DNA of 64,000 nt, taken from the NCBI GenBank assembly GCA_965242725.1, contig CBDESZ010000025.1, forward strand, positions 1 to 64,000, in the 5' to 3' direction. Positions 50,636 to 60,175 of this stretch are shown one piece after another (positions within the stretch are counted from its first letter, which is position 1; the number at the start of each line of letters is the position of its first letter). The notes under the pieces are model-generated. The model had not been told where the DNA came from, did no database searches, and saw only the letters and a program-made list of their open reading frames with translations. A program made the position numbers and the translations under genes. The stretch comes from Alkalispirochaeta sp. Its GTDB lineage: Bacteria; Spirochaetota; Spirochaetia; DSM-27196; Alkalispirochaetaceae.

Positions 50636-51706
50636 ATGGCACGGGCATACAATTTTAACGCCGGACCGGCCGCGCTGCCCCTTCCGGTACTGGAACAGGC
50701 ACAACGGGAGCTGGTTGATTATCGTGGTACGGGACTCTCCCTCATTGAGACGAGCCACCGGAGCAGGGAGTACGATGGGGTACACTCCGCGGCGACGTCC
50801 CTGTTCAGAAAGGTTCTCGGAATTCCCGAGGGATACTCCATCCTCTTCCTGGGCGGCGGGGCAACGCTGCAATTCGGCATGATTCCCATGAACCTCATGA
50901 GCACCGGCGTATGTGATCTTGTACTCAGCGGTGCCTGGGCCAAGAAGGCGCTGGCCGATGCAAAAAAGGTGGGAAAGGTGAATGTCGTCTTCGACGGAAG
51001 CAGCGACAGCTTCACCTCCCTTCCGAAGGCGGCGGAAGTGACCTCGTCCCCGGAGAGCAGCTACCTTCACATTACCTCCAACGAGACGATCGGCGGTGTC
51101 CAGTGGAAAGAATATCCAACACCCGAGGCTCCCCTCGTCGCCGACATGTCAAGCGATATTCTCAGTCGCCCCGTGCCGGTTGAACGATTCGGCGTCATTT
51201 ACGCGGGGGCACAGAAGAACCTCGGTCCCGCGGGAGTCACCATCGTGGTAATCCGGAACGACCTGCTGGAACGAAGCCCTGAAACGCTGCCGGTGTATCT
51301 CCGATATCCCACCCACGCTGAATCAGACTCTCTCTACAACACGCCGCCGGTATTTCCCATTTATATCGTCAAACTCGTCCTTGAATGGATAGAAGAGCAG
51401 GGCGGTCTGTCGGGCATGGCCGAGCGGAATCGGCGTAAGGCTGCGGCCCTTTACGAGGCGATTGACAACTCCGGCGGCTACTACCGATGCCCCGTGGACC
51501 GGGAGTACCGCTCCGACATGAACGTGGTCTTTCGGCTGCCCGACGAAGCGAAGGAAAAAGAGTTTATCGAAAAGGCGCGGGAGGCCGGTATGATCGGGCT
51601 GAAGGGCCACCGATCGGTGGGGGGCATTCGGGCTTCCATTTACAATGCCGTCCCTGAAGAGGGTGTTCAGGAGCTGATCGCCTTCATGAAGCGTTTTCGA
51701 TCGTAA
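50636..51706 (+). CDS. serC: Phosphoserine aminotransferase
   Basis: NFNAGPA, SHRS, NETI.G, DMSS, GAQKN, NTPP, GHRSVGG.RASIYNA. Confidence 0.96.
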   Translation: MARAYNFNAGPAALPLPVLEQAQRELVDYRGTGLSLIETSHRSREYDGVHSAATSLFRKVLGIPEGYSILFLGGGATLQFGMIPMNLMSTGVCDLVLSGAWAKKALADAKKVGKVNVVFDGSSDSFTSLPKAAEVTSSPESSYLHITSNETIGGVQWKEYPTPEAPLVADMSSDILSRPVPVERFGVIYAGAQKNLGPAGVTIVVIRNDLLERSPETLPVYLRYPTHAESDSLYNTPPVFPIYIVKLVLEWIEEQGGLSGMAERNRRKAAALYEAIDNSGGYYRCPVDREYRSDMNVVFRLPDEAKEKEFIEKAREAGMIGLKGHRSVGGIRASIYNAVPEEGVQELIAFMKRFRS

Positions 51707-52243
51707 ATGGCGGAACGGACCAACGCGCTCATCCGACTGGGTCTGCGTAGCGTAACGGCGGCGTTCTTTTTCCTCGCCGCCGGTGTACTCCTCTCCCGAT
51801 TTGTCGTCACCGCCGAGTGGGCGGAAACGACCGGGACCGTCGAGAGCCTGAGGATCGTATCCGCCGGCGGAACCGACGACAGCCGATCACCGGGAGAACG
51901 ATTCCGCCCGGCCGCATCCTACCGTTACACAATCGATGGGGAGGAACACACAGGCGCGCGGATAGCCGTATATCCCTGGATTTTTCGCAATGAAGAACGG
52001 GTGGCGGAATACCTTGAACGGAACGACATTTCGCGGGGCCGCCGTGTTCCTGTGTACTACAATCCCGACGACCCCTCGCAGGCGCTTCTTGTCAGGGACA
52101 TTCCCTGGGGGCGAGTAGAAGTCCTCGGGGCGATCCTTTTTCTCGTTCTTCTGCCAACCGCCGTCGTCGTCACATCGGTTGTTGAATTTGTCCGTGGCGG
52201 CGGACGCAGGAAAAACGACAAAAGTCGCGGCCGTTTCTGGTAA
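51707..52243 (+). CDS. DUF3592 membrane protein
   Basis: TM, W..TTG.V, YRY..DG, VYYNPDDP, TM. Confidence 0.8.
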   Translation: MAERTNALIRLGLRSVTAAFFFLAAGVLLSRFVVTAEWAETTGTVESLRIVSAGGTDDSRSPGERFRPAASYRYTIDGEEHTGARIAVYPWIFRNEERVAEYLERNDISRGRRVPVYYNPDDPSQALLVRDIPWGRVEVLGAILFLVLLPTAVVVTSVVEFVRGGGRRKNDKSRGRFW

Positions 52244-52303
52244 GAAATCCTTTTCTCTCGAATTTTCCTTGCCCAACCACGATCCAACCTCTATGATTAG
52301 GGA

Positions 52304-53230
52304 GTGAGTTCTCCACAGATTGGTGTACATCTGGCAGATCACTCCTTTTTCCCCATCTTTGAATCAGACGCGCCGGGGCGTAGACGCGTTGTACTTTCCA
52401 CCTCACGGACCGATCAGGAATGTGTAGACATCGTTCTGTACCGCCGTGACCCCACCTTCGTGGAAGAGGAGGAACGACTCGGTCATATCCTCCTGTGCGA
52501 TATCGCCCGGGGGACACCGGACGAGTCCGAGATCGAATTGCTTCTTGATCTCCACGACGACGGCTCCATTGAAGCGACGGCGACGGACCGGCGTTCAGGA
52601 AACAGCCGTACCGTTGCCATCGACGAGGATGACGTGATGCCGGAGTACCATGACGGCGACCAGTTTACTGCCGGCAGCGTGGAAGCGCTCCTTGACGATG
52701 ACGAGCTTCTTGATGAGGAGGTGGAGCCTCCCCGACGGCGCCGCGGTATATGGCTGTGGCTGCTGTTGCTATTGATCCTTGCAGCTGCGCTCGCGTGGTG
52801 GTTCCTGCTCCGTTCGGATGGTGCGAATCGCGGGTCAGGCGATGCCGCAGCGGCAGGAGCCGCTCCGGCACAGGAAGCGCCGTCGGGTGAAGAAACGTCA
52901 ACCGCAGAGGAATCCCCGCCTGCGGAAACAGCGGCACCTGAAGAAGCAGGATCCGGTGACGCGGCCCCGATCGTTGAAGAGTCGCAGCCCCTACCGGAGG
53001 CGTCTTCCGGAGCGGGCGCCCCCGATGTCGGCGCTGCCGACACCGGTGATTCAGCCGGCGCCGGGATGACCGCTGAAGACTATCACATTAAATGGGGAGA
53101 CACCCTCTGGGACATATCAACCGTATTCTACGGTACCCCCTGGCGGTTCAGGGAAATTGCCGATGAAAACGCCATCTCCAACCCCGACAGGATCTTCGCG
53201 GACGACAACATCAAAATTCCCAGAGAGTGA
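52304..53230 (+). CDS. Hsp70 substrate-binding-like domain-TM-linker-LysM protein
   Basis: STSRTDQ..V.I..LG...L..I....EIE...D..G.I..TA.D (DnaK SBD-beta-like); single TM; YHIKWGDTLWDIS..YG LysM. Confidence 0.8.
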   Translation: MSSPQIGVHLADHSFFPIFESDAPGRRRVVLSTSRTDQECVDIVLYRRDPTFVEEEERLGHILLCDIARGTPDESEIELLLDLHDDGSIEATATDRRSGNSRTVAIDEDDVMPEYHDGDQFTAGSVEALLDDDELLDEEVEPPRRRRGIWLWLLLLLILAAALAWWFLLRSDGANRGSGDAAAAGAAPAQEAPSGEETSTAEESPPAETAAPEEAGSGDAAPIVEESQPLPEASSGAGAPDVGAADTGDSAGAGMTAEDYHIKWGDTLWDISTVFYGTPWRFREIADENAISNPDRIFADDNIKIPRE

Positions 53231-54423
53231 CAATGAATCCTGAATCGACATCCGGAATCGCACTGCTCGGCTATGGGGGAATCGGCAGAATTCACGCTCT
53301 CAACTACCGGCAAATCCCCTTTCTCTATCCCTCCGCCGTTCCGCGGCCTGAACTGACATGGATCTATACCGCCCACGAGGAGACGGCCCGGCGGGGCGCC
53401 GAAGAGGCGGAAGCGCGAAGATGGACGACCGCGCTTGATAACATTCTCTCGGATACCGCAACGACCATCGCCGACATCACCCTGCCGAACCACGTCCATC
53501 GCGACGTGATTCTGCAACTCCTCGAGGCGGGGAAACATGTCTATTGCGAGAAACCCCTGGCGGCGACACTGGCGGACGCCCGTGCTATCGCCGGGGCGGT
53601 GCAACGCGCCCGGAAAGTCAAGAACACCGTTTTCGCCATGACCTTTCAATACCGCTTCGTCCCCGCGATACGTCGCGCAGCCGAGATCATCAGGGCAGGC
53701 GGTGTCGGTCGGGTCTATTCATTCCGGGCGGAGTACCTGCACTCGGGATATCAGAATCCGGCAAAACCCCTCTCGTGGCGGCTGCGAAAAGAAGAGGGTG
53801 GTTCCGGTGCGCTTGGTGATCTGGGGTCCCACATCATTGATCTCGTTCGATATCTCCTCGGTGATTTCTCCGCCGTTCAAGGCCATATGGAGACATTCAT
53901 TGAACGCCGTCCGGTTGCGCCGAACGCCGTTGAAACGGGTCGCGTGACGGTGGACGATGCCGTGTGGATGCGCTGCCGCCTCGTATCGGGAGCGGTGGGA
54001 ACGCTGGAGGCGTCACGCTTCGCCACGGGCACCCTCGACGACCTGCGGCTGTGGATATACGGTGAAAAGGGATCGCTCCATTTCAGCCTTATGGATCCCA
54101 ACTATCTGTGGTACTTCGAAGACGACGGCGGTTCCGACGGATGGACGCGACTCCATTCGGTCCAGCATTTTCCCGGTGCCGCGGCTCCGCCCGGGCGTGC
54201 TCCCCTCGGCTGGTCCCGCCTCCACGGGGAGAATCAGTACCGCTTCCTTCGGGCGGTCCATCGGGCAGTCGACGTAGCGACGGAACAAGCGGCAGCCCCG
54301 GAGGACCCCGCAGATGCGGCCTTGCCGGGTATCGAAGACGGCCTGGCGGTACAATGCGTACTTGACGCGGTTGAGCGCTCGTACGTCGCCGGAGGCGGGT
54401 GGATCGACGTCCCCACCGCGTGA
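53227..54423 (+). CDS. Gfo/Idh/MocA oxidoreductase
   Basis: GYGGIG, KHVYCEKP, GALGDLGSH. Confidence 0.92.
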   Translation: MTMNPESTSGIALLGYGGIGRIHALNYRQIPFLYPSAVPRPELTWIYTAHEETARRGAEEAEARRWTTALDNILSDTATTIADITLPNHVHRDVILQLLEAGKHVYCEKPLAATLADARAIAGAVQRARKVKNTVFAMTFQYRFVPAIRRAAEIIRAGGVGRVYSFRAEYLHSGYQNPAKPLSWRLRKEEGGSGALGDLGSHIIDLVRYLLGDFSAVQGHMETFIERRPVAPNAVETGRVTVDDAVWMRCRLVSGAVGTLEASRFATGTLDDLRLWIYGEKGSLHFSLMDPNYLWYFEDDGGSDGWTRLHSVQHFPGAAAPPGRAPLGWSRLHGENQYRFLRAVHRAVDVATEQAAAPEDPADAALPGIEDGLAVQCVLDAVERSYVAGGGWIDVPTA

Positions 54424-54443
54424 CGGGCGGCGGGTACCGATGT

Positions 54444-55190
54444 TCAGAAGAGGCCCATTTTTCTCGCTTCCCGCATCAATTCGACCTGATTCCCCACATA
54501 GAGTTTGCGGTAGATATGCTTGATATGAACCCGTACCGTGTGGGTGCTGACGCAGAGGGTGTCGGCAATCTCCCGGGGCGGAATACCGCTGACGATCAAT
54601 TCCAGAACCTCCCGCTCCCGATTGGTCAATTCCTTCTCCTCGTTGTCCGACAGCGGGGGCACGCTATCGTACGGCGGAAAATCGCGGCGACGTCCGTCGG
54701 TACGGGGACTGCCGGTTGAACGATCTCCATCGGCACTGCGCCGCTGGAAATCCGCCATGACCCGCACCGCGATGGTAGGACTCATGATGCCTCCGCCTGC
54801 AATCACGTTCTCGATGTGCATCGTGATGTCGCCGATCTCCGTCTTCAGAATGTAGCCCACCGCCCCGAAACGGAGGGCATCAAAAATGTTTCCCTCCGCA
54901 TCGAGACTCGTTAAAACGACGATGGGAAAGGGGAGGGGGCGCCCCGATTTCAGAGCGTCTTCGTCGAGGGTCTTGAGGAGCTGGATTCCGTTTATGCCGG
55001 GCAGATTCAGGTCGAGGAGGAGAATGTCGGGAATGACGTCGTCGGCGCGCTTGGAATGTCTCATATACGCGAGAAAGTCCTCAGCGGTCGTCCAGTGCCG
55101 CGTCTCCATCGGTTTGTCCGCCGACGCGACGGATCGGTCGATTTCCCGGGCAAAGAGCGTGTCGTCTTCAACTAATCCGACAAGCGGCAT
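54444..55190 (-). CDS. NarL/LuxR-family response regulator
   Basis: VEDD, LLDLNLP, LT, GYILK; LTNREREVL..TVRVH. Confidence 0.93.
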   Translation of the reverse strand: MPLVGLVEDDTLFAREIDRSVASADKPMETRHWTTAEDFLAYMRHSKRADDVIPDILLLDLNLPGINGIQLLKTLDEDALKSGRPLPFPIVVLTSLDAEGNIFDALRFGAVGYILKTEIGDITMHIENVIAGGGIMSPTIAVRVMADFQRRSADGDRSTGSPRTDGRRRDFPPYDSVPPLSDNEEKELTNREREVLELIVSGIPPREIADTLCVSTHTVRVHIKHIYRKLYVGNQVELMREARKMGLF

Positions 55191-55300
55191 AGAACCATCC
55201 CATACTGGAATAGTAGATCCACTTTGTCGGTTGTTCCATACCTAAAAATAGGTATCCATGATAAACTGGGTGTCAAAAAGGCAAAAAAGCATTAAAAACG

Positions 55301-57205
55301 ATGATCACCCTGGTTCTTGCAGCGTTCGCTTTTCTACTCACCCATCCCGTGTTTTCTCTTCCAGGCATAGAAGAACCGATTGAAATCACCGAGGGCTGGC
55401 GATACCAGACCGCACAGACATTGAGGGAACTGGAATCCGATGAAAACGGGTATAAACCGTTGACGGACGCTCCCTCGTGGTTACCCGCCCACTCCCGAAT
55501 CGACTGGTCCGAAGCGTCGTATCTATCCCTTCAAGTCGAGTTGCCTGAACCGGAGGAGCGGTACCGGGATCCGACGGTATTCATTCCGCGTATGTACTTT
55601 GTCGGTGAGGTGTATGTCGGTGATCAGCTCGTGTACGAGTACGGTCGTCTGGACGCATCGGGACGCTCGTGGTTTCGCGGCGCCGACTGGCACATCCTTC
55701 CCCTGCCGGACCGATGGCGGGGGCAGAAGCTCACGATGAACATTCGTTCTGAATATTCCGTCATCGGCATCGCCGCCCCCGTCTCCGTAGGGGACCGGAG
55801 TGACCTCATGTTTCACATGATCGCCCGGGATGCCCCGTCGGTTCTCATTTCCGTCTTTCTCCTCGTCCTGGGACTGTCTACGGCGGTGGTCATCATCATA
55901 CTTCCCGGGGAAATCGTGAAATGGCTCCATGCCCGATCCGGTGTGGTTTTTCTGGAACTCGGGACGGGCCTGTCCATGCTCGCTCTCTCGTCGGTCAAGA
56001 CACTTGTTGTCAACTCCGACCTCTTCTGGACTATCGCGACGATCATCGGATCGGCACTCCTGGTTATCGGCGGAATGCTCTATATACGCGATGTCGTCCC
56101 GGGACGGGGGAAGCGAATTTTCAAACCGTTGATGGTGATACACGGTGTCATTGCGACAATCACGGTGGCGGTCTTCATGTTTCAGGTGTGCACTATTTCA
56201 ATGTGGCTCATGAGATTGAGAATCTGGTGGTATTTTCTGGAGGTTGTCATCATCCTGGTCGTACTGGCCCGAACGTTCTGGCGGTATAAAATGGCTTTCG
56301 GAAAGACGATCCCCGTCGTCCTTGTCGGTATGGTGGGAATTACGGCCCACGTCGTCTGGACGGGAGAGTTTACCCGTTATTACGGCATAGGAACGCGGTG
56401 GGGACTGGCGGTGCTTACCGTCGGCAGTCTGACGCTCATTGTCCGCCGCATCGTCCACGCCATTACCGTTGCCTCCCGATATCGAAAGGAATACGAAACG
56501 GTACGGGAAGAGACGGAAAAGTACGTGTATGCCGACATTCACGACCACCTTGGCGGCAACCTTACCGATCTGGCCATACGACTTGATCGGGACGGGGACC
56601 ATCAAACCGCCGACGCCGTGCGGGACAATCTTCAGATGCTTCGCGGGAGGCTCCGGGCCCTGGAAGACCATGAAATGCTCACACGGGACTTCTTCCTCGG
56701 TCTTCGATTGATGATTGTCCGGCGCTATACCTCCGCGGGACGACGGGTATGGGTTGACGTAACCCGCGCTGTCGAGGTGGGGTCGCCTCCCGCGCCGCAG
56801 CGACGAGTGGTTTCCCATTTTCATCCGATAATTGCGGAACTTATTACCAACGATCTCAAATACGGACACGGAACGAGTCATTGGAGCGTCGTCGCATCCG
56901 CATGTACAGCCGACTGGTACTCTCTGGAAATCTCCCTCTCCGCACCGACACGATATCCCCTCCGGGAAGGGGATCCATCTCCCGGGCACGGTACGGAGAC
57001 GATCGCGCTGCGAATCAACACCCTCAGGGGTGAGATCATCCTCGGTCCGGAAATTGTACCGGGAAGTTCCCACTCCCAACCGATACAGAAAGGTTGCACC
57101 GACGAGGGGACGATGCGGCGGGCGATGATCGATGTCCCCTCCCTTCCGGTCAATGGAGATTCGATCTTCCGTTTTGCCTTCCGGGTCTCACTGCCGACTG
57201 AATAA
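55301..57205 (+). CDS. Membrane sensor histidine kinase (extracellular beta domain, 7TM, HisKA_3-like)
   Basis: Signal peptide, about 7 TM, DIHDHLG H-box, ELITNDLKYG N-box, GHGT; divergent from the response regulator. Confidence 0.78.
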   Translation: MITLVLAAFAFLLTHPVFSLPGIEEPIEITEGWRYQTAQTLRELESDENGYKPLTDAPSWLPAHSRIDWSEASYLSLQVELPEPEERYRDPTVFIPRMYFVGEVYVGDQLVYEYGRLDASGRSWFRGADWHILPLPDRWRGQKLTMNIRSEYSVIGIAAPVSVGDRSDLMFHMIARDAPSVLISVFLLVLGLSTAVVIIILPGEIVKWLHARSGVVFLELGTGLSMLALSSVKTLVVNSDLFWTIATIIGSALLVIGGMLYIRDVVPGRGKRIFKPLMVIHGVIATITVAVFMFQVCTISMWLMRLRIWWYFLEVVIILVVLARTFWRYKMAFGKTIPVVLVGMVGITAHVVWTGEFTRYYGIGTRWGLAVLTVGSLTLIVRRIVHAITVASRYRKEYETVREETEKYVYADIHDHLGGNLTDLAIRLDRDGDHQTADAVRDNLQMLRGRLRALEDHEMLTRDFFLGLRLMIVRRYTSAGRRVWVDVTRAVEVGSPPAPQRRVVSHFHPIIAELITNDLKYGHGTSHWSVVASACTADWYSLEISLSAPTRYPLREGDPSPGHGTETIALRINTLRGEIILGPEIVPGSSHSQPIQKGCTDEGTMRRAMIDVPSLPVNGDSIFRFAFRVSLPTE

Positions 57206-57291
57206 AATACCCAATTTGAGGTACAGACAATCTCGCTCCCCGAGTCAACAATTATCAGCATTACAACATCACTCGCAACGAGGAGGATTCT

Positions 57292-57891
57292 ATGAAACGT
57301 ATTCTGTTGGTCTTGATGGTAATGGCAGTTGTAACCACCGGCGCCTTTGCGCAGTGGGTCGTGGGGGCGGACCTCGGGTTGAGTTACCTGATGGAAGATT
57401 GGTCGGACTATGATGACATTAATCAAGTCGGATTTCCCTTCTTCGTTGAGGTCGGTTACGAGCTTCCCTACGAATTTGAATTTGGCGACATGGGTATGTC
57501 AACTTTCACCGTGGGCGGCAAGTTGGGGTATGTAAACAATATTGTCTCGGCGGAAGATCCCGATTTCGATTATACCTTCAAATTGTCCACCATCCCGTTC
57601 TTCCTCTACGGCCGCGCGGAAGCGCAGATTTTCTATGTGGAACTCGGCCTTGGTCTCCATGCGTGGGTCCTGGAAAACGAATTCAGTATTCTTGGTACCG
57701 ACTATGACTACGGCGACAACGGCCTCGACACCGGTGTCTACCTGGGCGGCGGTCTCAGCTTCCCTCTCTCCGACGCCATGGCACTCCGTGCGGGTCTCAA
57801 CTTCACCAAGTACACCTTTGACTTCGACGCGGACGACGAGAGCGACGGCAACACCATCGGTGTAAACGTCGGCCTCACCTACAAACTGTAA
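57292..57891 (+). CDS. Outer-membrane beta-barrel protein
   Basis: GAGGAGG RBS, AFA signal peptide, alternating strands, GLTYKL end. Confidence 0.8.
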   Translation: MKRILLVLMVMAVVTTGAFAQWVVGADLGLSYLMEDWSDYDDINQVGFPFFVEVGYELPYEFEFGDMGMSTFTVGGKLGYVNNIVSAEDPDFDYTFKLSTIPFFLYGRAEAQIFYVELGLGLHAWVLENEFSILGTDYDYGDNGLDTGVYLGGGLSFPLSDAMALRAGLNFTKYTFDFDADDESDGNTIGVNVGLTYKL

Positions 57892-57980
57892 CGGGAACCG
57901 GCCGGCGCGGCCGGGAATAAACGGCGGAGGAGCGTCCGGGTCTGAAACGCCGGGACAGGAAACGCCTGACCCGCCTATAC

Positions 57981-58014
57981 CGCCCTTCTTCATACGACGG
58001 AGAAGGGCGTCTTT
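57981..58014 (+). terminator. Putative intrinsic terminator
   Basis: CGCCCTTCT...AGAAGGGCG stem followed by TCTTT. Confidence 0.5.
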
Positions 58015-58037
58015 ATGTGTCATCACAGGGAGAAAAA

Positions 58038-58787
58038 ATGAACCGTAAAACCATAGCCATTCTGACGGCCGTCGCCGTCGCGGCGTCAGCCCTCATCGGC
58101 TGCTCCACAGCCAACCAGTACATGATACCCGGGACCGAGCAGTATGAAGCGGTGACGGCAAACCTCGTCGGAACGTGGACCATTGAATCCCTGGAGGGAA
58201 AACCGGATACCACCATGGGTGACTTCAAATCCACGCTGGAAGAATATGTCGGTCCCGTCTACACCGCCGGACGTGTCACCTTTGAAAACGACGTCCGTCC
58301 CGGAGACTTTGAAGACGGCATATACCCCGCCGTCACCTTTTCCTTTGACGTCGACGAACAGACCCTCGCGGAAAAAGAGGAGAGGTGGAAAAAAGACTAT
58401 CCCGACCTGGAGCTTGAGGCGATGCGCATCGTCGTGATAGGTGTCTGGTACGTCTCGCCCAAAGGCGACGTGCTGCGTATCATCGTCGACACCGACGCGG
58501 ACGGTGCCGCCTACGTGGAAGCCGACGGCAGTCCGGAAAACGACGCCATGACCTTCGCGGGAACACAGAGTGCGGCCCTCGCCCTCTCCATGGAAGCGAC
58601 CGACGCCGGCTCCGAAGGAGGCCTCTTCGCCACCGCAATGGCGGTCGTCGCGGAAACGGCCACGGCGGAAGTCGCCGGCATGTCCGACATCTTCCCGCCC
58701 GCCCTGAACGGCGTCTTCAACATCTCCGTGTCAGGGGCCTCCCTCAGCCTGGACCGCTCCACCGCCGTCATACGCGCCGTGAAATAG
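58038..58787 (+). CDS. Lipoprotein (lipocalin-like N-terminus)
   Basis: LIGC lipobox; LVGTW motif. Confidence 0.75.
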   Translation: MNRKTIAILTAVAVAASALIGCSTANQYMIPGTEQYEAVTANLVGTWTIESLEGKPDTTMGDFKSTLEEYVGPVYTAGRVTFENDVRPGDFEDGIYPAVTFSFDVDEQTLAEKEERWKKDYPDLELEAMRIVVIGVWYVSPKGDVLRIIVDTDADGAAYVEADGSPENDAMTFAGTQSAALALSMEATDAGSEGGLFATAMAVVAETATAEVAGMSDIFPPALNGVFNISVSGASLSLDRSTAVIRAVK

Positions 58788-58875
58788 CGTGTCCCAGCAT
58801 CGTCGTCGCGCCGGTGGCGCGTATCAACGTCCTGCGCTACCCGCGCATCGGCGCCTTGCAAGAGGCGGTATCGTT

Positions 58876-58913
58876 GCCCCGGTCCGGTCTCATCCCCGCC
58901 GGGGCTTTTTTTT
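58876..58913 (+). terminator. Intrinsic terminator
   Basis: GCCCCGG...CCGGGGC stem followed by T8. Confidence 0.65.
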
Positions 58914-59011
58914 CTTTTGTATATCGAACCCGAGGGTTCTGCGGCGCCCGCCGCTCCGACGACAGCCTCAATCCCGGATCGCCCGGGTGTGTCGTGACCT
59001 CATTTCCCGCG

Positions 59012-59415
59012 TCAGGGTTCGACGACCTCAACGGTGGGGAAATTGGAACGTACCCGTCGTGGATCACAGGGCAACAACGGCAGCCGTTCCACCGCCGCGG
59101 GGCGCCTATGAAAAAGTCCGGTAACGGATTCATGCGGCTTCCACCGCGCCGACGATATGCAATAAAGTACTTGCCCGCGAGAACGAGCGCTTCCCGTGGT
59201 ATCGGCCGTAGAAGAAATCCTGCGCCGGCCAGTGTCGCTTCCAGCGACCCGATCGTACTGAAACCGATCGAGACTTCGGACCAGACGACGGCATCGATAC
59301 TCAATTCACAAATTGTGCCCCAACGGACGAGGAAGTCCATCGATCGCTCAATAAAGACGGGATTCCTGGTCAGGACGTCCGGTACCACACTGGAATTCAC
59401 AAAGACCGCCTTCAT
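59012..59415 (-). pseudogene. vapC: Frameshifted VapC/PIN toxin
   Basis: SEV..., AGK.F..YRRRGG...PLPDFFIGA, then an apparent 1-nt deletion near 59100. The other frame continues AAVERLPLLPCDPRRVRSNFPTVEVVEP-stop. The first catalytic Asp reads Asn. Confidence 0.82.
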
Positions 59416-59560
59416 GTACGGGTGAGGGCAAGGATCTCGTTGGTAGACATCCCCAGGTCGGCGCTCCCGGCGTATCGTTCCAACCGCTCCGCCACAACAT
59501 CCGGCCGAAGGACTCGCTGGAGCCGCGCGTGATCGCCCTCAAGCACAAATTCAATCGCCC
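59412..59560 (-). pseudogene. 5'-truncated AbrB/VapB antitoxin remnant
   Basis: IEFVLEGD..GSADLGMSTNEILALTR overlaps the vapC start by 4 bp; no recognisable N-terminus. Confidence 0.62.
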
Positions 59561-59606
59561 GTTCGGCTCTCGATCTTTTTTGCGACTTCGATACAATAGA
59601 AATGAC

Positions 59607-59858
59607 ATGAGTGACATGTTCGCCGGCGACCACGCATTTCTCATAAAACTCGCCAACACCCGCATGCCCTTCGGCAAATACCGGGGCCGCCTCCTCATCG
59701 ACCTGCCAGAACCCTACGTCGTCTGGTTCAGGGGAAAGGGGTTCCCCGAGGGAGAACTGGGCACCATGCTTGCGAGCCTCTATGAGATCAAGGCAAACGG
59801 GCTGGAAGGGTTATTGCGGCCGCTGGTGGACCGCCATACCCCAAGAGGTATAAGTTGA
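59607..59858 (+). CDS. DUF3820 family protein
   Basis: MPFGKYRGR.LIDLPEPY.VWF..KGFP.GELG..L...YEIK.NGL. Confidence 0.88.
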   Translation: MSDMFAGDHAFLIKLANTRMPFGKYRGRLLIDLPEPYVVWFRGKGFPEGELGTMLASLYEIKANGLEGLLRPLVDRHTPRGIS

Positions 59859-59906
59859 CGTTATACCTCTTGGGGTATAAAATCATTATATACCTTATAG
59901 GGGGTA
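59836..59906 (+). promoter_or_regulatory. hipBA promoter with operator palindromes
   Basis: TTGACG(59855)-N17-TAAAAT(59878); perfect 18-bp inverted repeat 59836-59853 / 59861-59878; ATACC half-sites at 59836, 59863, 59890. Confidence 0.8.
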
Positions 59907-59909
59907 CAT

Positions 59910-60173
59910 ATGGACTATCCCATAAGAACAATACCGCAACTCGGAAAAATCCTGAAGGCCCTGCGGAATGAAGACGGCCTGACCCAACGAGACGTTGCAG
60001 AAAAGTCGGGACTTCTTCAGAAGACCGTATCATTGATGGAGCGGGAACCCGATCGGGCAACGGTCCAAAGCCTCTTCGCGCTCATCTCAGCTCTTGATGC
60101 AACCCTCGTAATCCGGCCTCGGATGAGCGTCGACAATGGGGATACGGAACCGACCCCGCCGGAGGATTGGTGA
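59910..60173 (+). CDS. hipB: HipB-like XRE antitoxin
   Basis: QLG..LK.LR...GLTQ..VA..GL.QKTVS..E; C-terminal Trp. Confidence 0.88.
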   Translation: MDYPIRTIPQLGKILKALRNEDGLTQRDVAEKSGLLQKTVSLMEREPDRATVQSLFALISALDATLVIRPRMSVDNGDTEPTPPEDW

Positions 60174-60175
60174 CG

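Noticed and set aside
58814..59425. 203-aa + strand ORF
   Set aside because: Antisense to the vapC pseudogene and crosses a terminator
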